DNA of 64,000 bases from contig OZ024740.1 of NCBI GenBank assembly GCA_964016885.1, forward strand, positions 26,908,001-26,972,000. Reading direction: 5' to 3'. The translations under genes were made by a program, and so were the position numbers. Below, piece by piece: positions 1-18,171 of the stretch (position 1 is its first letter; every line of letters starts with the position of its first letter). The stretch comes from Eledone cirrhosa (Eukaryota). Under the pieces are notes generated by a model, which did no database searches, was not told the origin of the DNA, and worked only from the letters and a program-made list of their open reading frames with translations.

Positions 1-1699
1 AATACCTTTGTCTGTTTTCAGTATAACACCTATGCCACCGCTGTATAGTATACTGTAATATCACATTCCTCGTTATACATTACACGTCAATTATATCGAC
101 ACTTGCTTATTGTTCCACATTCAAGCTTTTCGAAAGTATTGTTTATCGTACTCACCCTGCGACCTTGCTCAACTCTGAGAATACCATCTATACTGATTGT
201 ACCAATCAGATATGTAAAAAGGTTTGACTCATCTTTCTGTTTTACAGTGTTGATAGACTTGATTTGACCCCAGTCATGTCTTGGTCGTTAAGAAAATTCT
301 GTTTTTATTATATGAATGTTCATATTGTGGTTGTACCATGAAAACACACCCCAAGCTCTGCATGTCCTCTGAACTATGGCAGACAAGGACGCAATCACCT
401 GAAAATCTTTTTCTCACAAACAAATGTTTCGTCTTGGTCCTAAGCTGGAGCTACAACCCATTGAACAGGTTAGCATATATTGCTTGTATGCATATATACA
501 TTCAGTTTAATTATAGAAGACTCCTTAAGCATCAGTGACAAGTGAAGTACAAACTGCCTTTCTGCTAGCACGCAACCCAGCTTGAATTTGACAGTATAGT
601 TTCAGTTTACCTAACTTGAATCAGAAGGTATTGGTCAGTCCGAGGCAATGGTTGAGAATTTAACCGAGAACACAATTTTCAACAGTTCACAAGTTTTCGA
701 AACTAACATATTAACATCACAATCATGGCTGCAAAAATTTATCAAAGACAAACTAACCCTGATTTATATCGCCAAACATCAACAACTACATCATCTTATA
801 TATCACTCATTTTGGTGATTAGGATGGGATTAGAATGTGACTAATCTACTATATCTAGCTGATCAAATAGTCACTTAAAGGCTGCGCTATTTCCCTTATG
901 ACATTACCGATTATGTAACTATGAGGTTACGGATATTGTTAATATCAATAATAGTTTCTTACATTGACTCAAAAACACAATTCAGGGAACAACTGACGAG
1001 CATATAATGACAACACAGTCATATAATGACAACACAGTCACCAAAATAAGTGTGAGACCCCACAAGCTAGGTTACCTTAGAGTTTCCCTCAATAGTAACA
1101 TCTACCATTCGTCTTGATCATCTTTTATTTCAAACCTGATATATAATCTTACATATCCTCTAAGAAACAGCACAATAGGAATTCTTATACTGCTTGTGTG
1201 GTTTTACCCAAAATTCTATCCTATATGCCTTCTTCGAAATGGACATCCTTCTTCAATCAGCTACTTTCTTGCTCTTCTATCAGGTTGGTTCTGTTAGTTC
1301 TTCGTTTATATTGTGAAGAAATGAAAACAACAATTCGACGTTGGGAAGATAAAAAGCTTCTTCATATTGTTTGCTTGATCTTCCTTTGTTCAATGTGAAC
1401 ATAGATGCATCCAAAGGGCCCCGCTAGAAACAGCAAAGCTAAACGTGGCAGGAGATATCTGACAACTTCTGTTTTGAATAGTTTTGTAGTTAATTACTAC
1501 AGTTTTCAATATCTTTATTTACCAAGTTTTGTTTAACGTTATTTGGTCGAATGTCTATAAAAATCATCTCGTCCTCATAAATATCCTTCAGGAGTCCTTT
1601 AGTTTTTTATGAGCGAATTAGAGCTCCGTTAATATATGAAAATGTGTCCTTATAAAAAGCCTCCCACCTCGTACGTTCTACTTTCTCTCATTTAAGTCG

Positions 1700-2460
1700 G
1701 CCTTTTTTATTGCTACGTTTCTTTTCTTTTCTTATTTGCGTTTTTAATTCGCTAAAGATGTTTATCACTCTTCTTTTCTCATCACATTCTATTCAATGAT
1801 GCAAGGTGATGAGGGAGTACTACTGTTTTGGGCCGAATAAAAGACCACTGATCGGAGTGGGGTGATATTTTGAACGTCTTCGAAACTGTCATACGAGCTG
1901 TGACTGGTACTGAAGGTGGGACATCACCCTACTGGGCCGCTGTTGTTATTACAAGTTTTCCTGTTGTATGCAGTTCTATCGCTTTTTGCTATTTCCAGTT
2001 CGTTGAAGTAGAAGACCCTTTCTTATTCATTAAGTCAGAAGAACCTCAAGTAACTCTCGTTGCCGTAATTGTAACTGATGTCCTTTCTGTCCCCGTCGGG
2101 AGTTTTGATTTGGTTCCTAGGACGGAGCACAACTTTTGAAAGACCTTGTGATTTTTGTGTGAAATTTCAAATTTTGAATTCATATTGATCCTTTCTAAGG
2201 GCAAGACATTTCTCGCGACCTCTGCGCTTAGAAACTACTTATGTTTATTTTTAATACGTGACATCAAACCAGGAGCATGTCGATGTCAAATCAATATGCC
2301 TAATAATTACACTTGTATTGATCTGGGCCATGTATATGTGTACGAACACATGTATGGAACGCCGGACCGGCTTGTCCTTGGAGTTTAAAACGAAATAGAC
2401 ACCACCATTTATGTTGCTGCGCTTGAATGAAACCGCATCATTCGGCAATTATAAATAATT
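1700..2460 (-). pseudogene. Possible decayed ORF1-like region of an L1/Tx1-type retrotransposon
   Basis: Non-repetitive, protein-like but stop-riddled minus-strand frames (e.g. KLPTGTERTSVTITATRV) near the RT remnant at 3230-3780; no diagnostic motif survives. Confidence 0.2.
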
Positions 2461-3229
2461 CAAAAGTACATTAACCTCCTACTTGTCACTTCTTTATGTG
2501 ATTCTCTGACCTGAAAGCACTCTCCTTCTTAAAGTTACTACTTCCAAATCTTTTTCTTGAAACTAATCTAGAGCTAAGCGTTATTTCTGCCACTGCACGC
2601 TCGAAAAAAATATGTTATTGTTGTTTATAGCAAATTAGATTTTTTTTCATTTTTTATAGTGTTTGTTAGATTTGTTTGTTCAGTGTTGTGTTTTCCTGTT
2701 TTCCTGTTTACCATAATTTAGAGCTGTGTCAATATGTTTTGTATTTATTTCAATTTAAGTGGCACATGTATTTACATTCTTTCCACCATCACTGTGACAA
2801 ACGCTATTTAGAGTCTAACATAAGATAAAAGTATGTTGAAATAGGAGTCCATTTTTTTCATGAAATATAAAATGTTCAATTCTTCCATTGGTACAATGTT
2901 CGAAAGAATAATTTTTCATTAAATACACACGTGGTAAATATACTTCTTCTAAATAGCCCGCTTAAAGACCTCCATTCAGCATGAATATCAGTGAAATCCT
3001 CAACAAGATGTAACGGTATGGACAATATAGAAGGACTTTGTAGGAGAAGGGACGCGAGTGCCTAAGGCCTCGGGCACGTATCTCTTCTTGAAGTGTGTGT
3101 TTAAAAATTTGAGTAAATGGCGGAATACAAAACTATCTAATTTCACTCCTAATGTACCACTCTACTTCGTTCACTATAACCTGTAGGTTCTTAGTTGGTG
3201 TTTCTTTAGCAAAATAGGAATTTTTGATG

Positions 3230-3780
3230 CTCTGTATAATATAGTGAATGAGGCGCTAGGCATTACCGCCTACAGGCGATAATAGATGTTCACCGTGAAC
3301 TCAACAGGTGTGTGCAGAAGAGGTTCATCGCTTTATTTCTGTCTCGAATACCACCATTTGACAATAATGCATTGCTCGTAGAGTTTATCTTCAACTACCA
3401 ATGACCAACACTACTACACCTAGAACTGTTAGGTGTTAAATATAATATCCGATATAAAAGTACTACTAAGCGACTGTTCAACATTGTCGTGAATGAAGGA
3501 CGAAATTAAGGCACTGCTGTTAACACAACGGTTAAGAAACTTTTGTCAACCGTGTTGAAGCATTTAGCATTCTCTAAATCGATCAATGATCCTTCGAACC
3601 CAAATATATTCCCGCCCTCGCTACGATGTAACGCAAGATATGGAGGTGTCAAAAGTAGATCTGATCATAATGACACAGGTTTATGAGTCTCCATCTACAC
3701 CACTATTGGACCGCTTTGTGAGCGCATTTCCCTACATCTTTGATTCTGTATTTAGCAATGTTAAGGGCTCCGAATAGTTA
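3230..3780 (-). mobile_element. Decayed L1/Tx1-clade reverse transcriptase fragment
   Basis: Minus-strand translation with stops and frameshifts: NYSEPLTLLNTESKM*GNALTKR..DS*TCVIMIRSTFD..HLHILRYIVAR..GSLIDLENAKCFNTVDKSFLTVVL..IYYRL. This is colinear with L1/Tx1 RT motifs (RPITLLNxDxKILAK; QT..RxIxDN; LDxxKAFDxVDH). Confidence 0.7.
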
Positions 3781-3794
3781 TATATATATATATA

Positions 3795-4795
3795 CTAGCA
3801 GCAGTACCCAGCGTTGCCTGGTTAGGTAAAATAATAACTGCTTTGATGAAAAGGTGTTGATCTTAGCGACTGCTTCTCGATGACTCAACTATGGCCACAC
3901 ACAGGACATGCGGGGATGGTGGTGATGACCTCTATCACTGAGAAATGCGGGTGACTGACGAAGGGGCATGCTGGAGGAGGGAGGTAATGACCTCTAACAC
4001 TAAGCCAAATTTTCACACGCTACTTGATTGGAAACCGATGAATTCTCAAATACACAACTAAAAGCTCAGACGACGATAGTGGCCATCGTTTTGTCTTTGA
4101 CCATCTCTAAGATGTGCAATGATAGGTTCTATCGTAGTATAAAAGTTGAACCAAATAAATGGATTTATGTGTGAGGTGGAGTCGAAGTTTCAAATTTGAA
4201 AGAAATCGGTTGAAAAATGTGGGAGCTAGAGCCGAAAAGGCGCAAATTTGAGCGAAAATGTGGTATTTTCGAATATTTAAGCGGCTGCCACGCCGTTCCT
4301 GAACAAAAAATCCCAAATGTACAGCCACTTTAAGACGTGACATAATCAGATCTAGCAGAGTGTGAACTTTGAACAAAGTAGGTTGATTAATGTTGATTAA
4401 TGTGGAAATTTGAGTCTAAAAGTGGTATTTTTGAATATTTAAGCGGCTGCCACACCGTCCCTGAAAAACAAATGCAAAATATAAAGCTATTACAGGATGT
4501 GCAATGATAAATTCTATTTTGCATTAACATTTGACGGAAATCGGTGGCAAAATGTGGGAGCTAGAGCCAAAAAGCTTATTTTCCGATACCTAAAAAAAGA
4601 TGACCCCTATCGATTTTTTTCTGCAGAATGACCCCGGAATAAAAGAAACGATACGCTGATATATAGAAAGCACTCCACGATGTCTTAACTATGAGCCTGT
4701 AAAGTTTCATGAAAATCGGTCGTAAGATGTAGGCCCCTATAGGTAATACACAGACACACAGACACACACATACACATACTTAATTTTATATATAT
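3795..4795 (-). mobile_element. Non-autonomous Helitron-like element
   Basis: Minus-strand 3' end is a GC hairpin (CCAG-GCAACG-CTGG) followed shortly by CTAG (3795-3798) then T. The 5' end reads TATATAAAA..(TG)n/TGTC..ACCGATTTTCATGAAAC. It sits in (TA)n with no TSD and has internal direct repeats. Confidence 0.7.
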
Positions 4796-4808
4796 GCATA
4801 TATATATG

Positions 4809-4922
<114 letters not shown>

Positions 4923-5030
4923 AATTAAGCGAGAATTGTATTTCGGCGGGTAGAAAAACCGAAACTTACCGCAAATTCGGAGTCATGCTGGCAAGCGCTC
5001 CATGGGCTAAAAAAGACCAGAGCAATAAAC

Positions 5031-5080
<50 letters not shown>

Positions 5081-5757
5081 TTGCAAGGTTTTTTATATGA
5101 AAAAGTGTGTCGAAACAAATATTGTTATACTTGGGGAGAGTCATATTGTTGTAATAATATTGCCAGAAATAATAACAGAACACAGTCACTGTTTTATTTT
5201 AACAAATATAATAAAAATGGCGTAGATATAAAATACAGCAGGAGGAACATAATAGTACTACTGATGATGTTGCAGATGTGCAACGAAAGAACTTTGTTAA
5301 ACTATATATATATGTGTTTCTAATTATATTATATATGTATTTTTGACCGTTGGTCAGTCAATGGTAAACATTGAGGACCGAATGAAATAACTGTGGAGAT
5401 ATAAAAGATACAGAAGCGAAAACAAACCAAACAGTGAGTATTTTTGAATTTTCCACTGGGTGCTGCATCGATGGCCACCCACACGAATCTGTTGCTATGT
5501 GTAAACAATTTTGCATAGTTTTCATACATATGTTGGATTCTATAGAAATCTTAATCCTTGATGTGAGCAAAGAGTTGTTGATGATTGCCTTCGATAATTT
5601 CCGCTGAAAAGATTCCCAAATTAATGTCTCTGTAGGCATTCCTTACTGAAAACCACGTGTTCATCTTTTAATACCCAGATCGCTGTCCAGTTAGCACATG
5701 CAGCACATATCCGAAACTATGTGGAGTGAAATAACATTATGGTCAAAGATGAGTACC

Positions 5758-5942
5758 GGTGGATTGGCAGTATCACCAGAGGGTCGGACGCCATGCTTTG
5801 AGGCATAGAGTTACGGCCCTTGCCATTCTGAGTTCTAATATCGCCGAGGTTAACTTTGCCTTTCATGCTTACGGGGTTGGTAAAATAAAGTACCAGTAAT
5901 GCACTGATTAATTGCTGGCTTTGTGTCAAAAGTAGAAACAAT
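5758..5942 (+). mobile_element. tRNA-derived SINE, family 1, full length
   Basis: A-box-like TGGCAGTATC, B-box-like GAGTTCTAAT, core GTTAACTTTGCCTTTCAT..AAAATAAAGTACCAG; ~20 copies in the window. Confidence 0.85.
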
Positions 5943-6229
5943 CATATACGATTTCCAGCGAAGGAAACAGTTTTAGCAATGTAGATGCCATTTCTATATT
6001 AAAATCGTTGTTTGCACTCTATTAATGTATTGAGTACCTTACTTACACACACACAAACACATAGGCACACACACATACACATACACATACATACATACAT
6101 ACACACACATATATATAGTAATGCACTATAATACACTCTGTCTAGCTCTACACCTCAACACTGAAGTGAAGTTAAACATCGAGTGCTCACCCGGGTGACC
6201 CTACGGTAACTCCAAGTTACACTCCCTGG

Positions 6230-6311
<82 letters not shown>

Positions 6312-7197
6312 TTCTGTGTGGTAATTGGTGCGTATGTATAACCATATATATATACAAATTCTCGTACACATGTAATTATGCATATGTGTATACAGTCGGT
6401 TTTAACTCCTTCACTGTATAATCATGAATACGCTGTCATTTTTCTAATATGTACTTTAAAAGCAATTTACTATAATTATAAATGGAAAAAATGAATCGAA
6501 ATTTCATTTCTCACTCTTAGTACGGCTGTTACTTAAATATAAGTATGTATACGTACATACATATATGTATACAGACGTACAGTAGTATGTATATATATAT
6601 ATATACATACACATATATATATATATATCTACGTATGGATTTACCGAGCATTTATTATAATGATCGGTGTGATTGCAAACAGACATCCCGTATTAAGCCG
6701 CACAGTGTTTAGCAACCATCGTTGACCTTTTGTTCAATACTGACAAAGGAACGATGTACTAGTTTCAAGCTTATTAGATATCGTCAGCACCGTATACCTT
6801 CCTGCCAGATGATATATACATACTACTGTACGTCTGTATACATATATGTATGTAAGTATACATACTTATATACTATAATTATGTTTTATTTAAAAATATC
6901 GATATGGTATATATTTTTTTATTTCAAATATAACTCTTCTGGTTGCAACATGTACCCCACTTCTTGCTTTATTCAATAGCAAATCGTATAGTGCAAATCA
7001 GGCACACACACACATATATATATGTATATATATAAAGAGAGAGGGGGGGGAGAAAGAGAGAGGGGGACGGGGTGAGAGAGAGATAGTAATTTAGGCGGTC
7101 TCAGAATGTGTGACGAAAGAGTATTGAACAGAATAACGAATAACTAGTAAGAGAGATAAAGTGAAAAAGTGAAAATCATATGGTGCGCATATATTCT

Positions 7198-7256
<59 letters not shown>

Positions 7257-7550
7257 TCACACACTCTCACACACACACATAATGTATATATATATATAGT
7301 GCAAGGTCAACATACATTGGAAACACAGGAAAACCAATTACAGAATATCTTACATGGTTCGTGGTTGTATGAAATGGAAGAAGAAATGTTGTTAACCTAT
7401 CGTGTGTTAGTTCTTCAATGAGACCGAGGAGGAGACTGTGGGAGAAGTTTGGAGAAATATAATCAATATATATATATATATATATATGCAGATGTTATAT
7501 TTTATTTGTTGGGATTCAACAAGCTTTTATTTATGAAACAAATGTGTTTG

Positions 7551-7616
7551 TATTTTATCTGATGAAAGCGCACCATAATTTACCTTGGAGGCCCTTGAAA
7601 TATGTAAAATAAAATA
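7551..7616 (+). ncRNA. Hammerhead ribozyme motif, family C, probably inactive
   Basis: TATTTTAT CTGATGA AAG..CTT GAAA TATGTA AA ATAAAATA; the conserved U of the NUH triplet is replaced by A. Confidence 0.55.
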
Positions 7617-7819
7617 AATATGGTTTTATAAATATAGTTTCCATTTGTTAATATATTGTATATATATATATATATATATTAAAATAACAGATTAAAATTT
7701 AAACAAAGAATCGGTGCTTTCACCCTAACAGGGATCTTGCTCTAGGGTTCTTATATATTTGATATATATTTATCTTTATCGAGCCCTATTTGGATTTCAG
7801 TCTTCACATTTATTATTAT

Positions 7820-7899
<80 letters not shown>

Positions 7900-8144
7900 A
7901 AGCGCGTGCGAGTGTGTGAATACATATATATATGTATATATATATATAGGGAGAGAGAGAGGGTGTGTGAGAGAGTGAGTTGGGGGGGGGGGAGAGATAT
8001 ACAGACAGCCAGACAGATAGCTAGATTGTCGTTTGGACATTTCGGTTGATAGTCAAATAGATTATTGAAAAAAAAAATCGTGACATACAAATCTAGACAG
8101 AAGTAGTAAAAATTTAACGAGGTATAAACATGCTTTTATATAAA

Positions 8145-8295
8145 CACATACAAACTCTGGCATACACACTTGCAGACATTGGTCAACGCATACAAACTCT
8201 GGCAGACATTGATCAACGCATATACACTCTGGCATACACACTTTCAGACATTGATAAACACATACACACTCTGGCATACCCTCTTGCAGACATTC
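8145..8295. repeat. ~42-bp minisatellite, ~4 imperfect copies
   Basis: Repeated CATACAAACTCTGGCATACACACTTGCAGACATTGATCAACG-like unit. Confidence 0.8.
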
Positions 8296-8624
8296 ATATA
8301 GATTGTCATATGTGAATAAAGACTTTGAAATGGGCGAGACATAGCAAAACCGAAAAAAAAAGTTGAGAGTCTGAGAAAGATAGATGGTTTGTAAAAACAT
8401 AGTCACATACAAACAGACAGGAGACAAATACACACACATACATTCTCATACAAGCATATACATCGGCATACATTGACATAGATATACACGTACTCACAGA
8501 ATACTCTCTCTCTCTCTTTCTATCTGATATAATATATATGTCCATACATCCATGTATCCATACATAGATACACACATACATGATGCTTTCTTGCACGCAC
8601 AAACGCACACAATCACACAAAGAC

Positions 8625-8655
<31 letters not shown>

Positions 8656-10003
8656 CATACATACACACATGCAGAAACCTACGCGCACGCATAGATTTAA
8701 AGAGACTTAAAGATTGCAAAGAGATAGAAAGAGAATGGCAGCATAGCAGAGTAGTAGAATAGGAGTATAGCAGAATAGGGTGCTGTAGTAATAGCTGTAG
8801 CAGTAGCAATAGCAGTAGCAGCAGCAGTAGGAAAATAACGAAGGGGGCAGCACTAGCAACAGCAGCAGCAGCAAGAGACGCAGTAAGCGTGCTCACTAAG
8901 AGTAATGGAAAAAAAATATAGAAAATAAATGAATAAATAAATATATAAATATAAATGAGAGACATTAAAAGAAAAAGAAAAGGAAAAAATTGAAAACACT
9001 GATGTAGAAAGAGTAAATGTGAAGAGAAGCGGAGTGGTGGGGAGAGGTGGGAGGGGACGTAGGAGAGGGGTGGGGGAGGAGTTGGGGAAAATGGTGGAAC
9101 ACAGAAGAAGAGAAAATATGGTGGTGGTGTAGGGGGTGTTGTGTGAATGCCCTGGCGGCAGTGACAGTCAGCTGATTTTCCTGCATGATTCACTGATAAA
9201 TCCACATCCTGAAGAGTTAGTAACTTTCCAAAAAGGACCCACTGGAATTTGGCAGTCGGCTTCTTTTTATATTCTCTGCGTTAGTTTCTTGTTCCCCTTC
9301 GCACAAAAAACCGAAAACAAATAGAATCAAAAAACTCAGTTGTCACAACAGAGTAATACTCACACGTACACATCCACAAACCAACCTACACACACACACA
9401 CACAAGGACAAATACAACACATGAACACATACACTCACACCCATACAAACACACTAGGACAAATACAGCACATACACACACATCCACTCACACTCATACA
9501 AACAAACAAGGACAAAGACAACACATACACACAAACACACTCACACCAACACACACAAGCACACACTGGAATAGCCAGTCGAAACGGCTTGAGCTCTGCC
9601 GTCGGGATCTTGAACATTTTCCTATTACCCACCCTACTACCCAAAGTATTGAGTACTCTGGTGAGTTATGGTCCACTTGGTTCCTTACCACACTTCCTTC
9701 GTTATAAATACATATATATATAAGAGAGGGGGGGGGGTGAGAAGGCTAGTATGTGTCAGTGACTAACTGAAAGATAGATAACAATTAATAGATTTTGGAT
9801 AATTTTTAAATGGCATTGTACGTAAAGTACTCAAAGATATACAAATACATACCTGCATAGAAAGGCACACGCTCACACACACTCACACACTCACGCACAT
9901 AGACACACTCACACACACTCACACACTCATAGACACACACCTACAAACGCACACTCAAATTCACATATATATATATATAACATGTATATATATATATATA
10001 TAT

Positions 10004-10086
<83 letters not shown>

Positions 10087-10169
10087 ATTAGGTATATACT
10101 CAGGTATTTCCTAATGTTTGTTGAGTGAGTTGGAATTTGGTTGGAGTATCGCTATTAGCTTTCTCCGAT

Positions 10170-10204
<35 letters not shown>

Positions 10205-10414
10205 AGTTTATATAGAAAAGGCTTCTACAGGACTAGTACTGCTTCATTCGTATGAAATCATCAGGAATATCTGGTGAATAAATACGATTGAAACAGTACT
10301 ATTCCTATGAAAGCCTTTTTTTATTTAAAGGTCTGCCTTCACTCTACACATGCATTGAGGACCTTATTTCTTGTGGTTTCCCGCGTATCAACACGCGTCT
10401 GAACCTACTTATCA

Positions 10415-13096
<2,682 letters not shown>

Positions 13097-14077
13097 CTTC
13101 CCACCCTCACAATTTTAACTCCTATTTCTTGTTTGCCTCTTTCTCCTCCCTTTCATTCAACTCTTTATCTCTCTCCTCTTCTCCGTCTCTTTCTGTCTAT
13201 TACTCATTCCTTCATTCCATTCCTATTCGGCTTGATATGAAGAGTTCTGGCAGCTTATGCTCTCATCACAGACATCCAGAAACTGCTACTCTAGATTTCC
13301 AGAGACCAGCCCACGGTAATTTTATTCCTTGTTCGCCGCCATCTTTCTTCCAAGCATGTCTCAAGTCAAGCTATTTTGTTGAATGCCATTTTGGTTACGA
13401 ATTATCCCTGCAATATTTTGCAGAAAATCTTCTCCTAGCACTTCCAAAATTCCTCCGTAACTCTTCAATGCTTTCGTTCGATAATATATACTTTATTTCA
13501 CATCTTTTATGTCTTTCTGTTTTTCTTTCTTTTTCATTTCATTCATTTTTTTTTTTCTGTCAGTCTGTCTATTTTTTGTTTCTTCATCTTTTTTTTTTAC
13601 CCTAGTTTTTATATGTCATAGTCTCTCTTCATGTTATTTTTGTTATAACTACCTTCTCCAATCCACCTATTCCTTATTATTCTCCACATAATTCATTTTC
13701 CGCCTTTTTTTAAATCATCTTTATTTTCTTTTTCCCATTCTTTCTTTTTCTTCTCTTCATCTTTGTCCTATTTCCTTTATTTTCTGTCTTTCATCAAATA
13801 TTTCATTTATTCTCCCATTCATCAGTTCTTTGATTCTGTATCGTTTTGTTCTTCTCACCTGTTATATTTTCATTTTTAATTTAGTTATTTTGTATTTTCC
13901 TTCGTTCATACCTTCATCTCACGAAAAAAATGAATTCTATGAAGAAAAGTTGAAGAAAATATTTATTTTGATATTCACAAATAATTCTAAACCTAGAAAT
14001 ACATACAAGACGCCACACTTTTACAAATTTCTTACAAATGCACTAGAATATATATATATGTGTGTGTGTGTATATAA

Positions 14078-14169
<92 letters not shown>

Positions 14170-15153
14170 AATGTATATATATATATACATACATGCATAC
14201 ATACATACATGCTTACATACATACATACATTCAGACACACATACCCACACACATACATACACACATACACATATATATGTATATATATATATATACACAT
14301 TAATATTTATGTGTATGGAAGGATCTTTTGTTCATTTATATATTCTTAATTTCTCACAAGTATTATCAAAATTCAAAATTCTATAAACTAAAATTCTCAC
14401 TAAATTCAACTAAAATAAAGAGACAAAATGTCGCCGAGGCGTTCCGGCACAGCATTTGAAATGAGATGTGCGATGACGTCATAGATTCGGCCAAAAGATG
14501 TCAGCTTATACAAATGTACCTTCCCTCCAACACACTGGTATTTTCTAAGAGTTATGAAAAGGCGCTAGTTTCTATTGAAAATATTTTGTAAAAACAGTAT
14601 TGATTCCTACTTGTAAAAACACTTTTCAATGCTACTAAAATATTTTTGTCAAATGCTATAAAATTTTATCGATTACTGCTGTGAATATAAATCAATATTT
14701 CTCACTATTTTTATATTTTAATCCACGATATGTTAGAGGCATATATTCACGACGTCTGTGTCTATGTGTGTCTGTGTATGTGGCTTTTACTCATACAATT
14801 CTATAACACATCAATTTTAAAATTTTTTATTCTAATTTTTCATATGGAATCTACTTAGTCAAACATATGGCATTACTATGTCTATCTATTTTTATTCAAT
14901 CTTACCGTGTAATGATAATCTTAATAATTATAGTACTTCTACTACTAATACTAATAATGACAACAACAACTATTTAATACCAAAATGCGACGAATTTTAA
15001 AGAGAAACAGAAAAATGAGGGATGATTGGTTACATTGTATGGGGAAATATATAAATATATTTTTCTAAATGGCTGAATTAATATATGTCTATGTGTATAT
15101 GTGTCTATGTGTGTATGTGTGTATTTGAGTGTGTGTGTGTGTGTGTGAGTGTG

Positions 15154-15282
<129 letters not shown>

Positions 15283-15791
15283 TCACAAGAAGATAGCCAC
15301 CAATAAAAATACTTCTAATGAGGAAATTTACACAGGAACAAGGATCCATATTTAGGGGGCGCAGGCAACAGTCGATGGAATCGTCTCCAGTAATTGACTC
15401 GTAATCAGCAGGCAATTTCTCCAGCACTCATGGAATGACACTGACAAGTGGGTATGCCATAGAATCTTGGAATGTGTTGAATATATGCAGTAGAGGGCGA
15501 ATGGTTGTCAATAACCTGGTTGCGCTACTATTTAGGCATTGTTGCTACACATATTTCATATTTGATAATACTATTTATAAATACTATAGATTTCACATTT
15601 TATAATATGGCTTTCAATTTCATGAAATTTCAAATATACAACTTACATAATATCGTATTATATATTAGTCATCAAGTAATTCCGGTGTTAGTTTTTTCGG
15701 CGTGATGTGTGCGTATACGTTACATTATAAATTGCAAACACATTCTATTCTCAGTCACCCACACATATATACTCATACGAATACACATAGT

Positions 15792-15828
<37 letters not shown>

Positions 15829-16095
15829 TCATTTATTCGTGCATAGGTAGATGCATAACTTCTAGCTTCTGTGTACGCACTCGTGATCTAGCAAAACATA
15901 CATATATAATCATCACCCAATTATAGATGCTTTCATACGCACATGTACATAGACCCCTATACAGGCTGATGTTATATTTTAAGAATAGAACATGGTGTAT
16001 AACACCTAACATAAATCTATGGAATAATACATATATACAGAAATATATATGTATGCTTGTGTGTATACGTGTGTGAATCTCTCTCTCTCTCTATA

Positions 16096-16196
<101 letters not shown>

Positions 16197-16819
16197 CGAG
16201 AGGGAGAGATGAAGGATAGACGGTGAAAGTGAGAGTTCTATATAGAGGGAGATATAGGGATTGGTAGATGGATATATAGAGCTCCACTTCATATATCGTT
16301 GCTCATATATGAAGAATTATGAATGTCTATTTCACCAAATACAATCTGATAACCAGAGAAACCATTAAACAGACTCTTCTCGCCATCTATTTTTTTATAA
16401 TCGATCTCTCTCTAGTTTTCGCTATTTAAAATCATTATCTCTTTTACAGATTCCGTCCTGTCTATAACTCTCTCTATGTTTCTTTCTTTCTCTATAACTC
16501 TCTTTCTAATTCACTATTTCACACCTTTTCTATATTTCTCATTCTCTCCGCAACTGCCGCTGCCTCAGTTGCTCTCCAACAATTCTATATATATCACTAT
16601 TTTAAACGTCTAATATACACATCATATTCTTCTACCCGACACCCCTACAGGATCGAACATTCCTACCTACACCCTCCTAGAAAACGTAATTCTCAGTCTT
16701 TGGATCATCCCCTTCATTACTAGATATGTTGCTCCCCCTTCACAGCAGTTCACACTAAATCACAAGCCTGTGTAATCCCAGCACCTGCCTACTATATCCC
16801 CCACAAACCAACGAGGGAA

Positions 16820-17010
16820 CCTTTCGCTCTACGTGCTCATTCAACCCGCTAGAAATTGTATCATCACATTCCTCAAATCACATCTAACTCTCTATAAAAA
16901 GGGGTGGAAGTATTGCACAATATAATCCTTGATATACAAAAGAAGACGAGAATATCGCAGCTGGAATGTCTTAAATCATATGGCTGATCTGGGGGCTAAA
17001 TAATTCCAAG
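16820..17010 (+). repeat. Old dispersed repeat, family 3
   Basis: GCTGGAATGTCTTAAATCATA..GGGGCTAAATAA is the reverse complement of 59697-59755; weaker copies near 28600-28710 and 32620-32700. Confidence 0.55.
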
Positions 17011-17905
17011 AACTACTACTGCCACTACTACTACTACGTTATCCACTAGTGAAATTAGAGCTCCATGGAACAGCAAGGATATTATTTCACACCACCAACA
17101 GATGTAAGTAGTTACAGCTTTTATTTGACATTCTCAAAACATACTTTTACTTTCATTTTTGCCTTTAACAATTTTAATGGTTTCCGTCACTGAATTGTTA
17201 GTTTGATAGATAAAAATTGTTGCAACTACGGAAGCGCCATCATAACGAATTAAAGTACTTTGTCTGGTATATATTTTATTGATATAAAAAAGAGTGAAAA
17301 AACAATGTTGGAATGTGAACTTAGTGTGCAACTTAGTGTATTACTAAATATTATACTAACTCACCATATTTTCCCCGATACTCTGCCACTTTTGCCAATC
17401 CACAACCAGTATTTAAGTGTCATTTTTATTTGTACTTGTTCTGGGAACAATGAAATATGAAGAGATCTGCTTTATCTCTAAGAAAGTGTCGTTAAAATTG
17501 GGAGATGTTCATTCATTGGTAGGGATATAAAAATGAATAGATATAAGCGGAAAATGTATTTGAGCAGAGAATTAATGAACGCCTTCATTTTGTCGAAATC
17601 TATGTGACAAACTGTTGTAGCCATTTTGATAGGAAATGGTATTGGTTCAGATTAAGTGAGGATGCTACAGGTGAGACATCACGTGAGCCACAGCTGCTAC
17701 GGCAAAAGCAGATCAACCTACAACGAAATGTTATACCAGTGACTTAATGTGACGAAAGCACGAAATTGGTGAATGTTATATGGTAAAAGATACGGGTATA
17801 CCGGATGCATCTATATATATATATATACATTTATATATATATTTATATATATATATATATATATATACATTTATATATATATATTCATGTGTGTGTGTGT
17901 GTGTG

Positions 17906-18005
<100 letters not shown>

Positions 18006-18136
18006 ATAAAGTAATAAAAATAAATTTGAAGACTACAATCCAAAGAGGGCTCGATTAGGAAAATATATATCAAATACATAAGAACCGCAGAGCAAATATT
18101 TATATATATGTGTGTGTGCGCGCGTGTGTGTGTATA

Positions 18137-18171
<35 letters not shown>

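Noticed and set aside
1001-1040. 19-bp tandem duplication CATATAATGACAACACAGT
   Set aside because: Real, but an ordinary local slippage event.
15285-15427. Protein-like minus frame LEKLPADYESITGDDSIDCC
   Set aside because: No recognisable motif or clear splice sites, and it runs into (CA)n.
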